Source: Candidatus Daviesbacteria bacterium (GTDB taxonomy: Bacteria; Patescibacteriota; Microgenomatia; Daviesbacterales; UBA10151). From it: a stretch of 64,000 nt of DNA. The notes beneath the pieces were generated by a model. It had not been told where the DNA came from and made no database searches. It saw only the letters and a program-made list of their open reading frames with translations. A program made the translations under genes and the position numbers. The stretch spans positions 78,607-142,606 of the forward strand of contig JACPKL010000001.1 in assembly GCA_016187035.1 (NCBI GenBank), given 5' to 3'. Positions 60,425 to 64,000 of the stretch are shown here, one piece after another (within the stretch, counting starts at the first letter, position 1; each line of letters opens with the position of its first letter).

Positions 60425-60898
60425 ATGGAAACAACAAATACAACGGAAGAGCAATTATCAGAGGTGCTGGACAATATCTTAGGTTTACTGCTTTTGGAGG
60501 GTAGTTATGAAGTTGAGGAAACTGATGATAATTTTTCAGTCTTAATAGAGACAAAAGATGCAGGCAGACTAATTGGAGCCAGAGGCGAGTCTTTAGAAGG
60601 ATTACAGCTGGTTGTAAACCAGATAATGTCTTTAAAGCAAAAGACAGGGGAGTTTAAAAGAGTTATTTTGGATGTGGCTGGTTGGAGAAAACAAAAAGAA
60701 GAGGAATTAAAATCCGAAGCTAAGAGATGGGGTAAGCAGGTTTTGGATAGCGGTAAACAGTTAGAGCTTGAACCGATGTCTTCTTGGCAAAGAAGAGTAA
60801 TCCATATGGCTATTTCTGAGCTAAAAGGATTATTGTCAGAGAGCACGGGTGAAGGCAGAGACAGGCATATTGTAATCAAGCTCAAAGGGGATGCCTAA
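60425..60898 (+). CDS. jag: Jag/KhpB-type RNA-binding protein (KH + R3H)
   Basis: 'LIGARGESLEGLQLVVN' is KH-like. The R3H region is 'PMSSWQRRVIHMAI'. Conserved position after yidC. Confidence 0.85.
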   Translation: METTNTTEEQLSEVLDNILGLLLLEGSYEVEETDDNFSVLIETKDAGRLIGARGESLEGLQLVVNQIMSLKQKTGEFKRVILDVAGWRKQKEEELKSEAKRWGKQVLDSGKQLELEPMSSWQRRVIHMAISELKGLLSESTGEGRDRHIVIKLKGDA

Positions 60899-62117
60899 CC
60901 ACTATTTTTTATCTAAAGTATCCAAACAAACCTTCTGGCAGCTAATTGGAAAAACTATTACTTCTCTGTCCACTGTTATTATTCTGAGTATTGTCAGTAG
61001 GAATTTTGGAGAATCAGGCACCGGTGTTTTTACTCTCTCTCTGACTTATCTAGCATTTTTTACTCTTATAATAGATTTTGGGGTAAATGCTCATTTGATG
61101 CCCCAGCTGATTAAAGCAGATTTTGAAATTGTTTGGAGAAAACTATTTGGTTTCAGATTAATCCTAGTTGCTATTTTAGTCCCTGCTGCCATTTTAGGGG
61201 GTGTATTTTGGCCTACTACGAATTACCTTTTTAAACAGCTGATACTAATAGGTTCGATAATGGCTATCCTGGGACCTGCTGTTTATGTCAGCGCTAACGC
61301 TATTTTCCAAAGCAGACTAAGGTATGACCTATCAATAATCGGCTGGTCAGGCGCTGCGTTAACAACTTTGGTTTTAGTTTATATAACTTCATCTTTGAAT
61401 TTAGGTTTACCCTGGTTAATGGTTGATTACTCTATTGGTTGGTTGATCGGTTGTATATTACTGCTTTTCTTCGTAAAAAAATTCGTCAAATTCGTTTGGC
61501 CCATTTTTGATATAAATTTTGCCAAGGATCTAATTAAGAAGTCCTGGCCTATTTCTGCGACGTTAGCCTTAAATGTAATTTATTTTCGTGTTGATGTTTT
61601 TATTCTTTCTTCCTATCATTCCTTTGCAGAGGTAGGAATTTATAATTTAGCTTACCAGATTTTTCAATCAGTTTTAGTTATCCCCACTTTTATGATGAAT
61701 GCTTATTATCCTTTGATGCTTAAATCTTGGGCCAAGTTTAAGCAGGTATCGTTTACTCTTTTTGGATTGTCTTTACTATGTGTAGTTTTAACCTTAATTC
61801 TGGCCCCGTTTCTGGTTGACCTAATTACAGGAGCACGTTTTTTAGGTTCCTCACAAAGTCTGCAGATTTTGTCTTTTTCTTTTCCGGCTTTTTTCCTGTC
61901 AAACTTTTTCATGTGTGCACTGTTAGCAAAAGGTAAATACACAAAGATGTTTGCAATTTATTTAACAGGCTTAAGCTTTAATTTAATACTGAACCTTGTT
62001 TTTATTCCTAAATTTTCTTATCTTGCTGCATCATGGATTACAGTAATTTCTGAATATTTGATTTTGATTTTACAAATTATTGGATTATACTGGATCCCCA
62101 AGCGTTCAAAAACATGA
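60891..62117 (+). CDS. MOP/Wzx-type polysaccharide flippase
   Basis: About 12 TM segments, and an N-terminus 'FWQLIGKTITSLSTVIILSIVSRNFGESGTGVF' typical of O-unit/teichoic flippases. Confidence 0.65.
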   Translation: MPNHYFLSKVSKQTFWQLIGKTITSLSTVIILSIVSRNFGESGTGVFTLSLTYLAFFTLIIDFGVNAHLMPQLIKADFEIVWRKLFGFRLILVAILVPAAILGGVFWPTTNYLFKQLILIGSIMAILGPAVYVSANAIFQSRLRYDLSIIGWSGAALTTLVLVYITSSLNLGLPWLMVDYSIGWLIGCILLLFFVKKFVKFVWPIFDINFAKDLIKKSWPISATLALNVIYFRVDVFILSSYHSFAEVGIYNLAYQIFQSVLVIPTFMMNAYYPLMLKSWAKFKQVSFTLFGLSLLCVVLTLILAPFLVDLITGARFLGSSQSLQILSFSFPAFFLSNFFMCALLAKGKYTKMFAIYLTGLSFNLILNLVFIPKFSYLAASWITVISEYLILILQIIGLYWIPKRSKT

Positions 62118-62518
62118 AACTAATTATTTATACAGATGGAGCTTCAAGAGGAAATCCTGGAAATGCAGCTTACGGTTTTTTTATAGCTAATGAAAAGGGA
62201 AGAGTTTTATTTGAAAAAGGAGAATATATTGGAACTTCAACAAATAATTTTGCAGAATATACTGCTGTCTTAAGATCTTTAGAATATGTTAAAGATTATT
62301 TTAAAAATAATTTAGAAATAGATTTTTATATGGATTCTAAATTAGTAGCAGAGCAGCTATCAGGAAGATATAAAATCAAAAGCTTAAATCTTAAGCCGTT
62401 AATTTACAAAATTAAGAAATTAGAAAGCGAATTTAAGAAAATCACCTATTCACATATCAGACGGGAATTAAATAAAAAAGCTGATAAGCTGGCTAACTTA
62501 GCGCTTGATTGTCGGTAA
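62114..62518 (+). CDS. rnhA: ribonuclease HI
   Basis: 'IYTDGASRGNPG', 'TNNFAEYTAVLRSLE' and 'NKKADKLAN'. Confidence 0.9.
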   Translation: MKLIIYTDGASRGNPGNAAYGFFIANEKGRVLFEKGEYIGTSTNNFAEYTAVLRSLEYVKDYFKNNLEIDFYMDSKLVAEQLSGRYKIKSLNLKPLIYKIKKLESEFKKITYSHIRRELNKKADKLANLALDCR

Positions 62519-62602
62519 TCTTCTTGCTACCGAGTCTCATAGCTATATTCCGATATTGTTTATCTCTATTGCAATCTAACTATTCTTTGATACGATTTAC
62601 CC

Positions 62603-64000
62603 GTGAGCGAAATAGTTGTAAATAGCAATAAAAATCCAAATATTTTACTTGCACGAAACACTCCAGTTGCTTTAGTTGTGGGAGCAGCTTCTTTTTTTGG
62701 CTCTCATTTAGTTGATAAGCTTCTAAGCAAAAATATTCAAGTAATCGGAGTAGATGATTTAAGGATGGGGGAAAGAAAAAATTTATCTAAGGCAATTGAA
62801 AATAAAGACTTTCACTTTTATATAGATTCTTTTGACCAGGACCTTAATTTAAAATTTAACAGACTGGATTATATATTTATAGTTTCTCATCTTAAGCTGG
62901 ATATAAAAGAAGTTATGAATATTTTCAAAAAGTTTAAACCAAGGTTGCTTTTAATATCCTCAATTGATCTTTATGATAAGAAAGGGGCAGGCAAAGATAT
63001 AGAATATTTAACCGAAGTTGAATCAGCAATTGCTAAAGTCGCAAAAGGAGATAATTTAAATGCCAGGATATTAAGGCTAGGAGCTATATATGGGCCAAGG
63101 ATGAACTTTAATTTATTAGGTCCGGATCCTTTAATTAGATTAATCCAACAAAGCTTAACAGGAGATTTGCAAAAGGAAATATCCTTGGATTTCTCATCAA
63201 GAGCGCTATTTGTGGACGATGCTTGTGACTTAGCAGTTAAATGTATATTTGCCGGGGCAACTGCTCAAAAAATCTTTGACGGAGTAAATATTACTCCGAT
63301 TAAGGTAGCTGAGATTAAACAGATTTTGCTAGATCCGGTCTGGTATGAAAATAAAGACTTCAAACCAAGCGAACTGCCTCCTTGGCCAACTCCTAATCTT
63401 GAGAAAACTATTAAATTTTTAAACTGGCAGCCTAAAAATAAGCTAGTATCAAATTTAAAAGAGACACTAAGTTATTTTAAAGAAAATGAGATAAAGGTGC
63501 CTGAACTAGAGGTTAGGAGTGAGAAGTTAGAAGCTGAAAAAGAAAGTGAGCAGTGGAAGATGAAAAAAGCAGAGGAACTTAGAGGATTAAGGTTAGAAGG
63601 GAGTGGGGAAAGGGCAAAGACAGTTTCTGTTTCAACTATTTCTTTATGGATTGGAATTTTAATAATAAGTTACGGTTTAATTTGGCCTATTTTCCAAATT
63701 AGCTTTGGAGTTTTAACTTATAAATACCAGCTTTCAGAAGCAATTAAAGATTTAGAAAAAGGGGAGTTTGAAAAAAGCTTATCCAAAGTAAACCAAGCTG
63801 GTGCAGCGCAAACTCAGGCAAAATCAGTTCTTTATTCATTGGAGCCTTTACAAAAAATAGGTTTCAAAACTCAATTTGAAATAGGGGATAAACTTTTAAG
63901 CTTGGCAACTTTGTCTTTAGACTCTGCCCAGAATACTATTTTAGGGATGCAAGCTCTAATTACCAGCCTCAGGAGTATAACAGGAGAATTAAATGAATCT
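62603..64000 (+). CDS. NAD-dependent epimerase/dehydratase-like domain fused to a TM and a C-terminal extracytoplasmic region (3' end beyond the window)
   Basis: From the GTG at 62603 the frame stays open to nt 64000; I checked 466 codons and found no stop. There is a Rossmann-like 'ALVVGAASFFGSHLVDKL' and a TM 'ISLWIGILIISYGLIWPIFQISFGVL'. Confidence 0.6.
   Translation, partial: MSEIVVNSNKNPNILLARNTPVALVVGAASFFGSHLVDKLLSKNIQVIGVDDLRMGERKNLSKAIENKDFHFYIDSFDQDLNLKFNRLDYIFIVSHLKLDIKEVMNIFKKFKPRLLLISSIDLYDKKGAGKDIEYLTEVESAIAKVAKGDNLNARILRLGAIYGPRMNFNLLGPDPLIRLIQQSLTGDLQKEISLDFSSRALFVDDACDLAVKCIFAGATAQKIFDGVNITPIKVAEIKQILLDPVWYENKDFKPSELPPWPTPNLEKTIKFLNWQPKNKLVSNLKETLSYFKENEIKVPELEVRSEKLEAEKESEQWKMKKAEELRGLRLEGSGERAKTVSVSTISLWIGILIISYGLIWPIFQISFGVLTYKYQLSEAIKDLEKGEFEKSLSKVNQAGAAQTQAKSVLYSLEPLQKIGFKTQFEIGDKLLSLATLSLDSAQNTILGMQALITSLRSITGELNES

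Overview
This is an AT-rich bacterial chromosomal window with small genes and many DUF-like membrane proteins, most consistent with a Patescibacteria/CPR-type genome (an inference). It spans the replication origin: dnaN and dnaA on the minus strand, DnaA-box clusters, and rpmH-rnpA-yidD-yidC-jag on the plus strand. Other core genes are rpoD, dnaG, trxB, smpB with tmRNA, comF, rnhA and eight tRNAs, including all four tRNA-Ser isoacceptors. The main accessory content is a fragmented type IV secretion/pilus-like locus at about 28-53.5 kb. It has six VirB2/TrbC-like pilin paralogues (three fused to N-terminal surface domains), a VirB6-like polytopic protein, a PrgI/VirB3-like protein, a VirB4 ATPase and an SLT+CHAP wall hydrolase. 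A VirD4-like ATPase lies at the window start. No relaxase or integrase is visible. The locus is interrupted by opposite-strand cassettes: two four-helix-bundle genes with low-complexity inverted-repeat flanks, HicAB, two PIN toxin-antitoxin (TA) pairs, a Fic protein, and three large orphan proteins. The orphans are a Tat-signal triple-repeat protein, a 1303-aa protein with G11/G8 tracts, and a 464-aa zinc-ribbon protein. Elsewhere there is a 1.7k-aa alpha-2-macroglobulin carrying a 129-aa Hint/BIL domain at the bait-region position, a NiSOD/SodX pair, and about 10 TA modules. There are also several short repeat families, one of them a hairpin with compensatory substitutions. All functional calls rest on motif recognition by eye; no searches were run.
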